A stretch of DNA of 64,000 bases from Promethearchaeati archaeon SRVP18_Atabeyarchaeia-1 (GCA_037308085.1 CP147779.1:512001-576000), one strand, 5' to 3'. Shown: positions 20,506-30,587, counted from the stretch's first letter. The notes: generated by a model not told the origin, from the sequence alone. Numbers and translations: made by a program.

Positions 20506-21114
20506 CTAGACTTTCGATTCCTTGAGTTTCTTAATCTGCTTCTCAAGCTCTGACTCTTTTCCACTGGGTACGGGAAGAGAGGTTGTTGCTTCAACTTCAG
20601 CATCTATTTGTCCCATGGCCTGATTCACGTCTTCCGGGGTCACGACAGTTGAACCAACGGCTCTGTCGACGCTACTCTCAGTGACTTCCTGTGCGAGCTC
20701 GACATGTTGAAATTCCTTGTCAATATCATCAACCATGGTCGCAATATCGGGGATATTCACGGACACCCTCAAGTCCTTGAGGGTCGTTCTCATGCTTCCA
20801 AGAATATCGGCTATGTCATGAGCCATCTGACTCTGGCGAAGCCTGAACAACATACCTTCTATCCTAAGGCGGTACATATCGATTCCTAAAGCCCATTTCT
20901 GGTAACGAACGTACTGCTCGGCATACATTCTAGCGGCAGAATCATTGCCTTCCTTCCTGTACTGCAGGGCTTTTTCTCTATTGCGCCTGTATTCAGCTTC
21001 GAGTTGCCGACGCTGGAAATCCATTTTCTTGCAGAACACGTCTATATTGACTATTAGGCGACGATAGTCTGATCCCTTGATCCACTGGGTAAAACGCTTA
21101 AGCACAGATGGCAA
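20506..21114 (-). CDS. ESCRT-III Snf7-family protein (Vps2/24/46-like)
   Basis: EGNDSAARMYAE motif, coiled-coil, LPVP and C-terminal ELEKQIKKLK (MIM1-like) helix. Confidence 0.75.
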   Translation of the reverse strand: MPSVLKRFTQWIKGSDYRRLIVNIDVFCKKMDFQRRQLEAEYRRNREKALQYRKEGNDSAARMYAEQYVRYQKWALGIDMYRLRIEGMLFRLRQSQMAHDIADILGSMRTTLKDLRVSVNIPDIATMVDDIDKEFQHVELAQEVTESSVDRAVGSTVVTPEDVNQAMGQIDAEVEATTSLPVPSGKESELEKQIKKLKESKV

Positions 21115-21346
21115 AGAATCCCACCACCCATATCAGACGGAATCCTCGAAAATAAACCTTTTTCCGACGGTAATGTTCGTCCATCAAAGAACTAATTGAG
21201 CAATTTGCAATATAAGGTCTTGCGAACAAACAAACTTCATTAGAGACCCAATCACTCTTAGTCGCAATGACGCGAAAAAGACTTCAGAACAGAAGCTGGT
21301 ACAACATCTCGGGCGGAAATGAAACAGGCAGAGTGAGTAAGCCGAA

Positions 21347-21973
21347 ATGAAAAGAGCTGCAGCAATACTGGCAGGAGGGGAATCAAGTCGCCTTCCGAAC
21401 AAGCCACTGGTTCTCCTCGCGAGGAAGCCCATGATCCTGTACACAATAGATAGGTGTAAGAAGATGGCTGATGAGTTGCTGGTTGTTGCGAACTCTGAGG
21501 AACAGTCTGACGCGATTCGGACCGCTATAGGCGAAGTGAAAAACCTGAGGATTGTGATCGACCGGAAGGAAGGCTTCTTCAGCCCGCTACTGGGGGCTCG
21601 CACCGCATTCGAGAATTCGAAAAGCGAGCTGACCCTCCTGCTCCCCTGTGACGCACCACTTGTAAGGGAATCAGTACTCGAGTTGCTTTTCACCGTAATT
21701 GATGACCGAGATGCCGTAATCCCCAGGCACCCCAATGGTCAAATAGAGCCACTTCACGCGGTCTATAGAACACGTGTCTCGCTCAAAGCCGTCTCCGATG
21801 CCCTCTCGTCCGGCAAGAGATCCATGAGAGATCTTATAATGAAGCTCAGTATAGTCTACATGTCAACTAAGGTGGTTAGACAGCTGGACCCGGACTTAGA
21901 TAGTTTTGCCAACGTGAACACCCAAGATGAACTGAAGAGCGTAGAGCAGAAACTCACTCGCAGTGTGTTGTAG
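21347..21973 (+). CDS. mobA: molybdenum cofactor guanylyltransferase
   Basis: ILAGGESSR, PCDAP, EPLHAVY, NVNT motifs. Confidence 0.9.
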   Translation: MKRAAAILAGGESSRLPNKPLVLLARKPMILYTIDRCKKMADELLVVANSEEQSDAIRTAIGEVKNLRIVIDRKEGFFSPLLGARTAFENSKSELTLLLPCDAPLVRESVLELLFTVIDDRDAVIPRHPNGQIEPLHAVYRTRVSLKAVSDALSSGKRSMRDLIMKLSIVYMSTKVVRQLDPDLDSFANVNTQDELKSVEQKLTRSVL

Positions 21974-21981
21974 GTGTTTCC

Positions 21982-22755
21982 ATGAGAACCGGCAACGCTG
22001 AACTAAGGGTCGAAATAATGGGCATTGAGGGGATACCAGAGATAAAGAGTGGGGACGACCTATCAAGGATCGTATCTCAGGCTGCTGAAAAGCAGGGGAC
22101 GCCACTCAAGGAACGCGACATAATTGTAGTGACGAGCAAGATTGTTTCACTAGCAGAAGGAAAGACCGTTGATTTACGGTCAGTAGAACCTTCACACCTC
22201 GCCAAGCGGATAGCAACCGAGTCGGAAAAAGACCCAAGGCAAGTAGAGGTGATCCTGAGAGAAGCCAAGTCTATAGTACGTATGTCAAGAAACCACTTGA
22301 TAGTCGAAACCAAGCACGGGTTTGTGTGCGCAAATGCCGGGGTAGACAAGTCGAACGTAAAGGGAGAGAACATGGTCGCGACGCTGCCTGACGACCCAGA
22401 CCGCTCGTGCAAGAGAATCAGAGACGGCATAAGAAAGCTATCCGGAATCGACGTGGCTGTCGTCTTGGCCGACACTTTCGGAAGATCTCTAAGGAGAGGA
22501 GTTGCCAACGTTGCGATTGGGGTTGCAGGTCTAGCCCCCATCTTGGACTTGCGCGGAACCTCTGACATGTACGGCTACAAACTCCGCGTGACCCAAATAG
22601 CGGTCGCAGATGAGCTCGCGTCTTCTGCGGAGCTTGTTATGGGTAAGACGAATTGGATACCAGCTGTAATAATCCGCGGCTACAAGTACGAGAAAAATGA
22701 GGACGCGACGGCAAAGATCCTTGCACTTCCAGAAGAAGAAGACATTTTCAGGTAA
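21982..22755 (+). CDS. cofE: coenzyme F420-0:L-glutamate ligase
   Basis: SKIVS, ANAGVDKSN, DTFGR, ADELAS motifs. Confidence 0.93.
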   Translation: MRTGNAELRVEIMGIEGIPEIKSGDDLSRIVSQAAEKQGTPLKERDIIVVTSKIVSLAEGKTVDLRSVEPSHLAKRIATESEKDPRQVEVILREAKSIVRMSRNHLIVETKHGFVCANAGVDKSNVKGENMVATLPDDPDRSCKRIRDGIRKLSGIDVAVVLADTFGRSLRRGVANVAIGVAGLAPILDLRGTSDMYGYKLRVTQIAVADELASSAELVMGKTNWIPAVIIRGYKYEKNEDATAKILALPEEEDIFR

Positions 22756-22759
22756 CCTC

Positions 22760-22985
22760 TTCCCAAAGCTTGAAGCTCCCGTGCTTTCCGTTTCGTTCGC
22801 CCTGTCTCCGCCCCTCGCCGGGTCGGTGGTTCTGGAAAGCCAGTTACGGAAGTTGCGACTCTTGGGCTTTCTTGCGTCGCATGTCTTCAGCCCGCTCACC
22901 TCGTCAGACGCGGTGGGTTACACCTCGCGCCTCGGCACTCCGAGGCAACCATCCAAAGCCCCGCCCCTTAGGACGGGGGAGTTCT
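22760..22985 (-). mobile_element. ORF-less IS200/IS605-superfamily remnant / omegaRNA(HEARO)-like structured RNA
   Basis: Terminal hairpin CCCCGTCC-TAAG-GGGCGGGG followed by CTT; perfect hairpins GCCTCGG/CCGAGGC and TGCGAC/GTCGCA; TTCCGT/ACGGAA helix. Confidence 0.55.
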
Positions 22986-23906
22986 CTACCTTTGCAGCAG
23001 CATGGAGCAGTAACCGACTATCGCATCTCTTGATCCTTGAGTATCATAGGATGTGGCGTACTTGACCAGTTCGGCCTTGGAGACGCCCAGTTGCTTGGCA
23101 GCAGTTATCGCTACCGCGACCGGCGCATATCCACACATTGTCAAATGTTTTTCGCTGACAAGTCGAAGAAGCTTTTTCTCATCCAAGTTCTTGATAGCCT
23201 CTATCACTTCCGCGTCGGTGTCTTTCACCCAGCTCACAACTTTTTCGATTGGAGTCATTCCCACGGGCGCGTAGCCATAGTGGATTCCGTAGTGAGTTAA
23301 ATCGGTACTTGCTATGACAGCTACGTCTCTATTCATTTCGACGACCGTGCTGGCAATCGCTTCACCTATTTCAGCACAGGTTTCCAAGTCTCCCAAGGAT
23401 GTTGCTATAGGGACGATCTGAAGCCGCTCACCATACAGGGACTGGAGGAATGGCAACTGAACTTCTAAAGAATGCTCGTCCTCATGAACTGACGCATCGT
23501 CGGCGATTATGGCGCCGTGCTTCAGTAGAGTATCGGAGAATTCTTCATCAATCTCAACGTCACCTAGAGGGGTGCGCCACAGTCCACGCTTCATGATTGC
23601 GACGCCAGCACCTAGCCCATGTACTGGACCCACCAATACGAATGTTCGAGGCACCCCGTCGACCGCCATCCGATAGTATAACGATGCCGCAACAGGCCCA
23701 GAATAAATGTATCCAGCGTGGGGAACGACCCCCGCAATGATCCTCCTAGCACCTTCTTGATTTACCTTGGGATGCATCTTTGGGCCGTAAGGACTCATGT
23801 AGCAGTTCTCAATAGCTCGAAGTAGAGAATCCTTGTCACCCGGATAGAAGCCAATCGCACACGGCATCCTCACTTGCTTTGAAGCTTTTCCTCCCAATTT
23901 GGCCAA
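22986..23906 (-). CDS. MEMO1 / AmmeMemoRadiSam system protein B
   Basis: PHAGYIYSG, EHSLEVQLPFLQ, STDLTHY, TMCG motifs. Confidence 0.93.
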   Translation of the reverse strand: MAKLGGKASKQVRMPCAIGFYPGDKDSLLRAIENCYMSPYGPKMHPKVNQEGARRIIAGVVPHAGYIYSGPVAASLYYRMAVDGVPRTFVLVGPVHGLGAGVAIMKRGLWRTPLGDVEIDEEFSDTLLKHGAIIADDASVHEDEHSLEVQLPFLQSLYGERLQIVPIATSLGDLETCAEIGEAIASTVVEMNRDVAVIASTDLTHYGIHYGYAPVGMTPIEKVVSWVKDTDAEVIEAIKNLDEKKLLRLVSEKHLTMCGYAPVAVAITAAKQLGVSKAELVKYATSYDTQGSRDAIVGYCSMLLQR

Positions 23907-24122
23907 GTTTTACGACCTCCTATTCGAATCTTGCACGACCAAATGTAGCCTTTAGAATATGCCCAGAATACTAGGATCCAATCTAAAATAAATCCTTATT
24001 TAACTCCATGGAGACGCAACGCCCTCTTGTAGTTGATGCCCTGTTTCCTCGCCCAATCGGATTGTCATATTTAACCACTCGCCATATACGGACCTACTTA
24101 GTGTCAAATCTCTCTATTGTTG

Positions 24123-24662
24123 CTACTCTCTGCGGGACTTCGCGACCCTTCTCTTCAGCTTCGTGCCACATATTGGGCAAACGTCCGACTCGGACGAGGC
24201 CGGATATTCCCTGAAGCACGCCGGGCAGGCGAGTCTCCAAACATAGCGATTGCGAATGCCCCTCTCAACGTACGGGAGGTATCCTATATTCAACATCCTA
24301 GCGAGATTCTGCAAAGCGTAGTCGTCGGAGACTAGAATGGGTTGATGGCCACCATCTCTTAGCTGCAGTGAAAGCGCGAGCAGAGACTTGTCGGTTGTTG
24401 AGACAGAGACGTCTCCGGTCTTCAAAACCGTCTCGTCGACTCTTTGAACGTATGATTCTTCTGGGGCGACGACCTCGATCGATGTCTCGCTAAGAAGCGG
24501 CAGCTGAGTTGCCGAGTCGACCATGCCCCCTGGCAGTTCGCCAATGACGTTTGGAGTGGTGAATTGCCTAGCATTCGATAGATGGCTTGAGAAACCGCTC
24601 AAGATCGCGCATGTATCGAGTACAATAATAGGCACGCCTTTCTCTCCATGTTTGGATTTCAA
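24123..24662 (-). CDS. nob1: Nob1 endonuclease (PIN domain + Zn ribbon)
   Basis: VLDT, SDDYALQN, CPAC...CPICG. Confidence 0.9.
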   Translation of the reverse strand: MKSKHGEKGVPIIVLDTCAILSGFSSHLSNARQFTTPNVIGELPGGMVDSATQLPLLSETSIEVVAPEESYVQRVDETVLKTGDVSVSTTDKSLLALSLQLRDGGHQPILVSDDYALQNLARMLNIGYLPYVERGIRNRYVWRLACPACFREYPASSESDVCPICGTKLKRRVAKSRRE

Positions 24663-24736
24663 GTTTCAAAGTACCGTCCGTTTCCTGTTTTCAGGGTAAA
24701 GTGATCGGATAGAATGCAGTCCGATTTGGCAGACTT

Positions 24737-25654
24737 CTATTTCGTGGAGCTAATGTTTAGCCTGCGTTTTAGGCGCTCGTAGAAATTAAGCCCTGTCCTC
24801 AGAATTGAGACTTTGCTCCTTGACTTCGATATCCTAATCTCTCTTACACCTGACAGGCGGGATTGGTATTCCCCGTCAACCAAAGTCATCAAATCGCCTT
24901 CGGTTATCACTTTGATCATGATAATCGAATCAGACGGAACTATGTAGGGCTTGAAATTTGTCGAAAGGGCGCAGATAGGAACTATCATTATTGCCTCGAG
25001 ACGTGGATCGATTATGTTTGCGCCGGCACTCAGCGCATAAGCCGATGCTCCCGTATTCGTCGATATGATTACGCCATCAAGCTTGTCTCTGGCTATCAAG
25101 ACATCATCTACGTAGACTTCCACCTCAATTGGATGAGATGGAAGAGGACAGCCCACTCTGAATTCATTCATGGCAAAAGGCGTGTCGAGGTTACTCTCTA
25201 GGCTGAAGCACTCGTCCTTCGAGAATCTGCCGGCAAGGAGCTTATCCAAGGCTTTTAGAGCCTGGTTCCAGTCCTCATCACAAAGAAATCCCACCGTTCC
25301 CATCCTGATGGGGAAAATCGGAACCTTTCCGCCCGTCATATGAAAGGCACGTAATACGGTGCCGTCCCCTCCAATAGTCACAATAAGATCAACCTTGAAA
25401 TCAACTGTAGCCTTGTCCTTTGACCTTAAGATGTTGGCAAGTTCTTTTTCGTACCTGACCGATAATCCCTTGCCCTCCAGGTAAGAGCCTATTTCCCTAG
25501 CTAGTCTTGTCGCTTCTTCTTTGTCTAGCCTTGAGATCAGCGCGACGCTACTGAACAAGATTTGAGACCACCTTGAACGAATCGGAGAATTGGGAGAATT
25601 TGACTCCTGCAATCCAAAGAAAAAAGCGAGCTTGTCTATGACCCATACGTCCAC
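24737..25654 (-). CDS. nadK: NAD(+) kinase (true start may be ~30 codons downstream)
   Basis: GGDGT, NE and STNTGASAYALSAG motifs. Confidence 0.9.
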   Translation of the reverse strand: MDVWVIDKLAFFFGLQESNSPNSPIRSRWSQILFSSVALISRLDKEEATRLAREIGSYLEGKGLSVRYEKELANILRSKDKATVDFKVDLIVTIGGDGTVLRAFHMTGGKVPIFPIRMGTVGFLCDEDWNQALKALDKLLAGRFSKDECFSLESNLDTPFAMNEFRVGCPLPSHPIEVEVYVDDVLIARDKLDGVIISTNTGASAYALSAGANIIDPRLEAIMIVPICALSTNFKPYIVPSDSIIMIKVITEGDLMTLVDGEYQSRLSGVREIRISKSRSKVSILRTGLNFYERLKRRLNISSTK

Positions 25655-25751
25655 TTAATGACTTGATCGAATGCTTATATTACTTGCCTAAACGGTTCTG
25701 TCAAGTCTATCGTTGACTTATATGTCGGAAACGGCTGTAAGTGTCTAAGCA

Positions 25752-26014
25752 CTTCCTCATTCCCACGGCATGTGGCTTACCTAGCTGAATGCGGGAGAGG
25801 AACAAAGGCAGGATACAGACGCAGGGCTGCGGTTCAGCCTGCTGGGAGTGGTAGGTGAAGCGATGGTAACGGCACCCCCGTTCCGAAGGAAGGGTAATCC
25901 GTTTAGTCGATGCCACCCAGTTGAGTCTTCAACCGAAGACTTGGCAGAACCCTAAACGAAACTGAACATGTCTTAAGGCGAAACTCTTAAGAAGGTTGAC
26001 TTCCAATGCCTTTG
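25752..26014 (+). ncRNA. putative structured non-coding RNA of unknown family upstream of eIF5A
   Basis: Nested helices 25803-10/26007-14, 25832-37/25962-67, 25841-53/25911-21; hairpins 25923-42 and 25972-91; G-U pairs favour the + strand; no credible ORF. Confidence 0.55.
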
Positions 26015-26066
26015 GCAGTGCAGTATGGATCAAGGTTTGAGTTCTCAGCGAGTTCTGGAAGTGACC

Positions 26067-26465
26067 ATGTTGAGCAAGAAGCCCGTTGAAGCTGGAAGTC
26101 TGAAAGAGGGCAACTACGTGATAATAGATGAAGAGCCAAGCAAAATAGTCAGTATAGAAAAAGGAAAAACTGGAAAGCATGGCCACGCAAAAGCTCACAT
26201 TGTTGCAGTAGGCATTTTCAACAACCAGAAACGGAGCCTTGTTCTTCCAGTAGATTCCACGGTCTATGTTCCAATAATTGACAAGCGGACTGCGCAGGTC
26301 ATTTCAGTTTCGCAGAATGCATTAATGTTAATGGATATGGAGACATATCAGAACTTTGACGTAGACAAATCAGACGTTGAAATAAGTGAGAATCTTGAGG
26401 TAGGGAACCAAGTCGAATACTGGGATGTCCTGGGAAAGAAGAGGGTAATGCGATCAAAAGGCTAA
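26067..26465 (+). CDS. eif5a: translation factor aIF5A
   Basis: Hypusine motif KTGKHGHAK. Confidence 0.96.
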   Translation: MLSKKPVEAGSLKEGNYVIIDEEPSKIVSIEKGKTGKHGHAKAHIVAVGIFNNQKRSLVLPVDSTVYVPIIDKRTAQVISVSQNALMLMDMETYQNFDVDKSDVEISENLEVGNQVEYWDVLGKKRVMRSKG

Positions 26466-26494
26466 GACGTTAGTGGGTGGAAACCGGCACAACC

Positions 26495-26893
26495 TTACTT
26501 CTCCAGAACCTCCTCGATCTTGTTAGCGTATTCTTTGAGGATCCGAATCACCAATCCTAGGTTTTCCTCTTCAGATCCCGCACCTATGAGCAACAATCTC
26601 GGCCCCGCGCTTGTTAGAATAGTATAACCGCCAGCACCCCTTACAATTACCTGCCGCAACGGTGCCTGCTCCATCCTCTCCGCACTCATCTCGCCCATGC
26701 TAAGCATCGCTGCAGATAGAGCAGCCAGCAGATCAGGATCAACATCCTTTCGCGCAAAGAAGGCGACTCTTCGTCCTTCCCTGGTGATCAAAGCGATAGC
26801 CTCGAGATCGATGTCGTTAGAGATCTTCTCAAGCAATTTCCCTATGCTTTTTTCCATCTCCTTGTCAAATAAAGAGTTACTGGAGTTGCTCAT
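26495..26893 (-). CDS. roadblock/LC7 (MglB-like) domain protein
   Basis: ALITREG, LLAALSAAML and NLGLV pattern of roadblock proteins. Confidence 0.85.
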   Translation of the reverse strand: MSNSSNSLFDKEMEKSIGKLLEKISNDIDLEAIALITREGRRVAFFARKDVDPDLLAALSAAMLSMGEMSAERMEQAPLRQVIVRGAGGYTILTSAGPRLLLIGAGSEEENLGLVIRILKEYANKIEEVLEK

Positions 26894-27120
26894 CAAGATT
26901 CACCCACGTAAATATTATATGTTCTATCTTATATTTAGAAGGGTATACTCACTTCGACTAAGTGTGGCCACTCTGGGTCCGTATCGGGTTAATCCTAGAT
27001 GCCAGACTTATGGTGGTGAAGATTCATCTTTCTTTGGCTTCCGGGTCAAGGAAACTAATGAAGAGATTTGACCGTACTTGTTCAGAACATGAGAAACTCT
27101 GGAGTTTAGAGGGAATATCT

Positions 27121-28488
27121 TTGTCAGTCTTCCAGAAACTTGGCGAATCGCTTCATGCTGCGCTTAGGAAACTCAGCGGGTCAGGCCTAGTCGATGAAAA
27201 AGCCATAAAGGAACTCACCAGGGACCTCCAGCGTGCCCTTCTCCAGTCTGATGTGAATGTTCAATTAGTCCTCGAATTATCCAAAAGAATTGAGGACAGG
27301 GCTCTCTCGGAGAAATTGCCTCCCGGGATTACCAGAAGAGAGCATATAACAAAAGTCGTTTATGACGAGCTAACGTGGATACTAGGCGAGAAGAATGTAC
27401 CCTTAGAACTAAGCCCTTCAAAGCCAAACGTGGTAGTCCTAGTTGGCATTCAGGGATCAGGAAAAACGACAACCATCGGCAAAATGGCGAAACTGTTAAA
27501 GAAAGATTACAGGACAGCAATTGTAGCTGGGGACACTTTCCGAGTCGGAGCCTATGAACAGCTTAGGCAGATTGCCGAGCAGATTGGAGTTCCAATCTAC
27601 GGGAACCCGAACGAAAAGAATTCACTCAAATTGATAAAAGCTGGCGTGGAGGACTTTAGGAAGCAGGAATTCCAGCTAATCCTTGTGGATACTGCTGGCA
27701 GACACAAGGAAGAAAGCTCTTTGATGAAGGAAATGAGAGAGATTGTTACAGCGATCAAACCTGATGAAGTGATCTTGGTACTCGACGGAACGGTCGGGCA
27801 ACAGGCAGCATCACAAGCTCAAGTCTTCAAAGAGAACACGAATATAGGCTCAATCTTGGTGACCAAGCTCGACGGATCAGCCAAAGGAGGAGGCGCACTC
27901 TCTGCAGTAGCAGCAACGGGTGTACCAATCAAGTTCGTTGGTACTGGGGAAAAGATGGACGACCTTGAGAAGTTCAATCCTCCGAGTTTCGTCGGAAGGC
28001 TCCTAGGCATTCCCGATATCGAAGGTCTAGTGGAGAAAGTCAGAGAAGCGGAAGTGGCCCCGACAAAGGGACAAGTGCAGACCTTCCTTAAAGGGAAATT
28101 CACTCTTCTGGATTTTCTCGAACAGATAAAGAACGTCAGCAAAATAGGGACGCTAGATAAGATCGCTGGGTATATGGGTCTAGGACCAAAAATGCCCAAA
28201 GAGGCTCAGGAAATCGCAGAGGCTAGGATAGCGAAGTGGAAAGCTGCGATGCAATCAATGACAAGAGAGGAACTTAACGATCCGAAAATGATAAGTGGTT
28301 CGAGAACAACCCGCATCGCAAGGGGATCTGGGACTACACCAAGAGACGTGAAGGAACTTCTCAAGCAGTTCTATGCCTCTCAGAAGATGATGAAATCTTT
28401 TGGGCGTAAGAGAGGTGTGCCTAAGATACCCGGGGTTCCTCCGGATTTGATGAAGGGTCAACGTTTCATGAAGGATGAACGAAGTTGA
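27121..28488 (+). CDS. srp54: signal recognition particle protein SRP54
   Basis: GIQGSGKTT, DTAGRH, TKLDGSAKGG and Met-rich M domain; TTG start inferred. Confidence 0.96.
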   Translation: MSVFQKLGESLHAALRKLSGSGLVDEKAIKELTRDLQRALLQSDVNVQLVLELSKRIEDRALSEKLPPGITRREHITKVVYDELTWILGEKNVPLELSPSKPNVVVLVGIQGSGKTTTIGKMAKLLKKDYRTAIVAGDTFRVGAYEQLRQIAEQIGVPIYGNPNEKNSLKLIKAGVEDFRKQEFQLILVDTAGRHKEESSLMKEMREIVTAIKPDEVILVLDGTVGQQAASQAQVFKENTNIGSILVTKLDGSAKGGGALSAVAATGVPIKFVGTGEKMDDLEKFNPPSFVGRLLGIPDIEGLVEKVREAEVAPTKGQVQTFLKGKFTLLDFLEQIKNVSKIGTLDKIAGYMGLGPKMPKEAQEIAEARIAKWKAAMQSMTREELNDPKMISGSRTTRIARGSGTTPRDVKELLKQFYASQKMMKSFGRKRGVPKIPGVPPDLMKGQRFMKDERS

Positions 28489-29081
28489 GGTCTTTCATTC
28501 TAATTATGGAGGAATTTCCTGAGATTAATAGGCGGGAAATAGATAGAGGCGTGATGAGTCAAGACGCAGTCACCCTCGCTGACTGTGTTCGTTCCTCTCT
28601 GTTTACTTCTCGCGGTGTCAGGAAAGATACCAAGGTAATAGTTTATCCACTGGGATCCAAGAGTAGACTAATACGAATTGAAGGCGACAAGCTCAGGTAC
28701 ATGGGACCAGACGAGAGATCGGTCTCGATACTGCTTTCAATGTCAGCTACAAGACTGGCTACTGAGGGAACTGGAAACGAGATCTCCTCCCCAGGAATTA
28801 CAGTAGTCAGGAAAAGCGAATCGCTTGCCGGACTCAAAGGAGACAGTCTTGTCGTTTTCCGAAGTTCAGAGGGATCTGATCAGAGGGCAGTAAGGCTCGG
28901 CGAGAATGTTGCGTGTCTTTGTGCACTAGACTGTGAACGGGGTTTTGGTGATATCGGTGACTTCTTGGAGGTTAACGGTAAATCTCCAATAGCGGTGAAG
29001 ACCCATGCTCAGATAGACAAAGCCATTCTCATCATGAACAATGAACTTGACAGGCAATATGCTAATGAAAGAAGCAAGTGA
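28485..29081 (+). CDS. trmY: TrmY-like tRNA pseudouridine(54)-N1 methyltransferase (SPOUT), divergent
   Basis: YMGPDERS, SPGI and NELDR motifs; adjacent to Pus10. Confidence 0.7.
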   Translation: MRSFILIMEEFPEINRREIDRGVMSQDAVTLADCVRSSLFTSRGVRKDTKVIVYPLGSKSRLIRIEGDKLRYMGPDERSVSILLSMSATRLATEGTGNEISSPGITVVRKSESLAGLKGDSLVVFRSSEGSDQRAVRLGENVACLCALDCERGFGDIGDFLEVNGKSPIAVKTHAQIDKAILIMNNELDRQYANERSK

Positions 29082-29119
29082 TGTAGGAAATCAACGGCGT
29101 AAACGAGGTGTGTCGGGCG

Positions 29120-30460
29120 ATGGAAATCATCGACAAGACGCTGAAGCTCCTGGAGAACTATCCTCTCTGTGACAACTGCCTTGGAAGGCAATTCGCCTTG
29201 TTGGGAGTCGGTCTTGACAATAAGTCAAGAGGTAAGACCTTGAAGAATGTCCTTCTAATGCGGGCCCATCTTCTAATGGAGAATGAGGGTAGTAGAGATG
29301 AAGCGACGAGGGTTCTCAGAATCCTGGCGAGCAAAGGCAACTATGAGCCGGCAGTAAGGACTCTGGAGAAACTTGTTATAGCTCAAGAGGGAAAGAGTGA
29401 GAAATGCTTCATATGTTCGAACATCCTGGACGGCTTGGACGAACTTGCGGGAATAGCTAGGGACTCTTTGACCGGTTTGGACTTCAAGACTTTTCTCGTT
29501 GGCTCAACGATCCCGCCTGACGTAATGGAACGAGAGGATCAAATAAGAAGCACTGCAAGTTCTAACTGGTGCGAATCTCTCAAGCGGGAAGTGAACAGAG
29601 AAATCGGCAAGAGACTAAAGCTACTTGTGGATAAGGAGCCGAACTTCGACTCCCCAGATCTGACGATTTCGGTCAGCCCTTTCAATAAAAATGTCTTAGT
29701 CAGGTCTAACCCACTTTTCATTGGCGGACGATACAGGAAGCTCGTAAGAGGTATTCCACAAGCCACCTGGCTCTGCAGGAAGTGCAGAGGATCTGGTTGC
29801 CCCGACTGTAACTGGTCTGGCAGGATGTACGAAAACTCAGTCCAAGATTTCGTTTCCAAGCCGTTCCTGGAGGCGACAAACGGAGCAGAATGCAAGTTCC
29901 ATGGTGCAGGGCGGGAAGACATCGACGCTAGGATGCTTGGAAGCGGTCGGCCGTTCATCTTGGAGGTTAAGGAACCCAAAACGAGATCTGTTGACTTCCA
30001 AGCAGTTGCTGAGAGAATCCGCAACGATTCACAGGATCGCGTGGAGGTACTCGATCTCAGACCCTCATCCCGCGACGAACTTAGGAAAATAAAGACGATG
30101 GCCACGAAAGCTGAAAAGACGTATCGAGCCATTGTAGCTGTTGAAAGAGACGTCTCCGAAGAGGACGTCAAAAGGCTAACCGCCGATTTATCTGGCGCAC
30201 TAATCAAGCAGAGAACCCCCCTAAGAGTCTTGCATAGGAGGGCGGACAAAGTCAGAATAAAGAAAGTCTACAACCTCCAAATCAATTTGATTTCTCCACG
30301 CAAGATGGAGGTCACCGTAACGACGCAAGGAGGACTTTACGTCAAGGAACTAGTGAGCGGGGACGAAAATAGAACTGCACCAAGTTTCTCACAAATACTC
30401 GCGATGAGAGCAGATTGCCAAGAGCTTGACGTCGTCGACGTAGCTGATCAGTTTATATAG
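29120..30460 (+). CDS. pus10: tRNA pseudouridine(54/55) synthase Pus10
   Basis: LCDNCLGR, GRYRK, GAGREDIDARM, GLYVKE. Confidence 0.95.
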   Translation: MEIIDKTLKLLENYPLCDNCLGRQFALLGVGLDNKSRGKTLKNVLLMRAHLLMENEGSRDEATRVLRILASKGNYEPAVRTLEKLVIAQEGKSEKCFICSNILDGLDELAGIARDSLTGLDFKTFLVGSTIPPDVMEREDQIRSTASSNWCESLKREVNREIGKRLKLLVDKEPNFDSPDLTISVSPFNKNVLVRSNPLFIGGRYRKLVRGIPQATWLCRKCRGSGCPDCNWSGRMYENSVQDFVSKPFLEATNGAECKFHGAGREDIDARMLGSGRPFILEVKEPKTRSVDFQAVAERIRNDSQDRVEVLDLRPSSRDELRKIKTMATKAEKTYRAIVAVERDVSEEDVKRLTADLSGALIKQRTPLRVLHRRADKVRIKKVYNLQINLISPRKMEVTVTTQGGLYVKELVSGDENRTAPSFSQILAMRADCQELDVVDVADQFI

Positions 30461-30587
30461 CCTTAGAAACTTATTTATGGAGCAAAATACCGGAGCGCCG
30501 AAACATCTATCATAATCGCCGGATGATCATCGTCCGTCAAGCTGCGGAACGACACTGACTTCACCTTGGAACCGAGGTAGGTAATTT

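Noticed and set aside
25948-25957. AACCCTAAAC as a telomerase-like template
   Set aside because: A 10-mer resemblance only; no reverse transcriptase or telomeric repeats in the window
25752-26014. SRP (7S) RNA or RNase P RNA
   Set aside because: No CAGG-GGAA-AGCA helix 8 and no GAGGAAnnUCC / ACAGAA..GGCUUA P4 pairing; only short look-alike motifs
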